64,000 bases of DNA from Scyliorhinus canicula (Eukaryota), in contig NC_052160.1 of assembly GCF_902713615.1 (NCBI RefSeq), positions 46,032,719-46,096,718 on the forward strand. The letters run 5' to 3'. Made by a program: the position numbers and the translations under genes. A model generated the notes under the pieces. The model did no database searches. It was given only the letters and a program-made list of their open reading frames with translations, and was not told where the DNA came from. Positions 62,401 through 64,000 of this stretch are shown here, piece by piece (the first letter of the stretch is position 1; every line of letters begins with the position of its first letter).

Positions 62401-63505
62401 ATCCATCCCAAGAAGTGCCGGTGCGCAGAGGCGGGGAAGGATGAGGAATTTATAGTTTTTTAAAACCCTCCCCTGGACCGTGAGGTCCGCCACGTAGCAC
62501 CCGGTGATTTGGACTGAGTGCGAACCAGATGCCAGAGCGATTTTGTGCTTTACTGGGTGAACGGGGAGCACGCAGCGTCTTACCGTGTCGGGGTGGATGA
62601 AGCTCTCTGTGCTCCCGGAGTCCAGTTGGCAACTCGTCTCGCGACCGTTGAGGTGGATCTGTGTGGTCGCCGTGGAAAGCGTGCGGGGCCGTGACTGATC
62701 CAGTGTCACCGAGGCGAGTCGTGGCAGGAACACGGAGTCGTCATCCAATACGGAGTAATCGCTTGCGGGGTCCTCCGTGCCGATCCAAAATGGCGGCACC
62801 CGAGGGCCGCACGTGGTGGGGAATGAACAAAATGGCGGCGCCCTGGGGTCACACGTGGAGTCGGAGGCCCAAAATGGCGGCGCCCGTGGGCCGCACGTGG
62901 CATCGGGGGCCCAAGATGGCGGCGTCCAGGGATCACTCGTAGCGGTGGGGGGTGGAGGCAGCGAGGTCTGCGGGCCGCACGGGGCCCTAGAGGAGTGCAG
63001 GGGGGGGGGAGCAGCGACCGACTTGGAGAAGCAGATGGCCGCGAAATGGCCCTTTTTGCCGCAGCTCTTGCAGACTGCGGTGCGGGCCGGGCAGCGCGGG
63101 CGGGGGTGCTTGGCCTGCCCGCAGAAATAGCAGCGGGGGCTTGCCTGGACGTCCTGCAGCGCAGGTCTGGGGGTCTGAGTCGGTAGGGGCGAGTGGGGTG
63201 TGCCACGCTGCCCACGGGGCGGCCGGAGGCATATGCGCGCGCATTGCGGTCAGCGACCTCCATGGAGGATGCAAGGGTCCATGCCTCAGTGTCGCTAAAA
63301 GTCGTATTTGGGGTGACTGCATGCCTGCCACGAAGGCGTCCCTGATCAAGAGTTTGGTGTGCTCCGCAGCAGTGACCTGCGGGCAGGCGCAATTTCTCCC
63401 CAGGACAATGAGGGCCCGATAGAATTCGTCGAGAGACTCACCGGGGAATTGTTGCCTTGTTGCCGCGCGTAGACCTGGTTTACTGGCCTGATGAAGTGTC
63501 CTTTT
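59411..63505 (-). mobile_element. Gypsy LTR retrotransposon: gag (two CCHC knuckles)-PR-RT-RH-IN with frameshifts/stops, PPT and 3' LTR 59411-59708
   Basis: CYFCGQAKHPRPRC and CKSCGKKGHFAAIC; LDSGS; VDLKSAYHQ..YLDN; VESDVS; H..CHPG..CHIC; HSDRG; PQGNGQVER. PPT AAAAAGGGGTGAA precedes a TG...CA LTR. Confidence 0.95.
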
Positions 63506-64000
63506 ATTTTTTTTTTAATTTTTATTCAAATTTTTCAACGACAAATTTTCTCCCAACAGTTAAAGTAAATAAGGTGTAAAACTAAACGGAAACAGAAATC
63601 CCCCCAATACAAAGTAATAAATTAATAACTAATAACAATACAAGAGAAAAATAGCAAACACACCGTCGCAAAATCAAACCCCCTTAACCCATCCCGTGCG
63701 CAAGAAGAGGACGAGTTCACCCTCCCCAGGGCATCCGCCCACGTCCCATCGTCAATCTCTTCCCCTAGCTCCTCCTCCCACTTCGCTTTCAGCTCCTCCA
63801 CCGAAGCCTCCTCCTCTTCCTGCATCATCTGATAAATCGCCGAGATCCTCCCCTCACCAACCCACGTCCCCGAGAGCACCCTATCCTGCACCCTCCTAGG
63901 CGGCAGCAGCAGGAACTCCGCCACCTGCCGCTTAACAAACGCCCTAATCTGCATATACCTGAAAGCATTCCCAGGGGGGAGGCCCCACTTCCCCTCCAAC
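63506..64000 (-). mobile_element. L1-clade 3' fragment with poly(A), inserted in the Gypsy gag; ORF2 C-terminus joined to 3'UTR by internal deletion
   Basis: FRYMQIR..KWEEELG..W similar to the other L1 copies; poly(T) on + at 63506. Confidence 0.85.

Noticed and set aside
46389-64000. Final TOM1L2 exons (KGDD..EEGVTSEEFDKFLEERA..)
   Set aside because: No matching AG-bounded sequence found by eye; presumably downstream of the window, though a short exon could have been missed.

Overview
Eukaryotic (vertebrate) genomic DNA. The V-domain/HE1-type SINEs, CR1 LINEs with (ATGTTCT)n tails and L1/Tx1-like LINEs suggest a shark or other elasmobranch (inference). The window lies entirely inside one + strand gene, TOM1L2 (VHS-GAT endosomal adaptor). 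Ten internal coding exons can be read by hand with canonical AG/GT boundaries and consistent phases: 6343-6477, 7766-7918, 10571-10687, 11782-11915, 22109-22157, 22398-22521, 28255-28384, 28500-28575, 36129-36200, 46332-46388. No start or stop exon was found in the window. Almost everything else is intronic transposon debris, often nested: CR1, L1, an ORF1-only 'half-L1'-like element, two Gypsy LTR elements, a PIF/Harbinger transposase relic with MITEs, a hAT MITE and several SINE families. There is also a 3.8 kb CT-rich satellite running into two N gaps. The most interesting points are an extra 72-nt TOM1L2 exon carrying a second I-x-x-W-L (myosin VI-type) motif, the ORF1-only L1 derivative, one SINE body with two different 3' tails (CR1-type vs poly(A) with long TSDs), a near-perfect 55-bp-arm intronic hairpin, and a Gypsy element with a YLDN RT motif and a 42-bp-phased YY1/E-box array. 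I found no evidence for a wholly new multi-gene system. Most ORFs in the supplied track are spurious or TE fragments. Repeat boundaries without TSD/TIR support are approximate.
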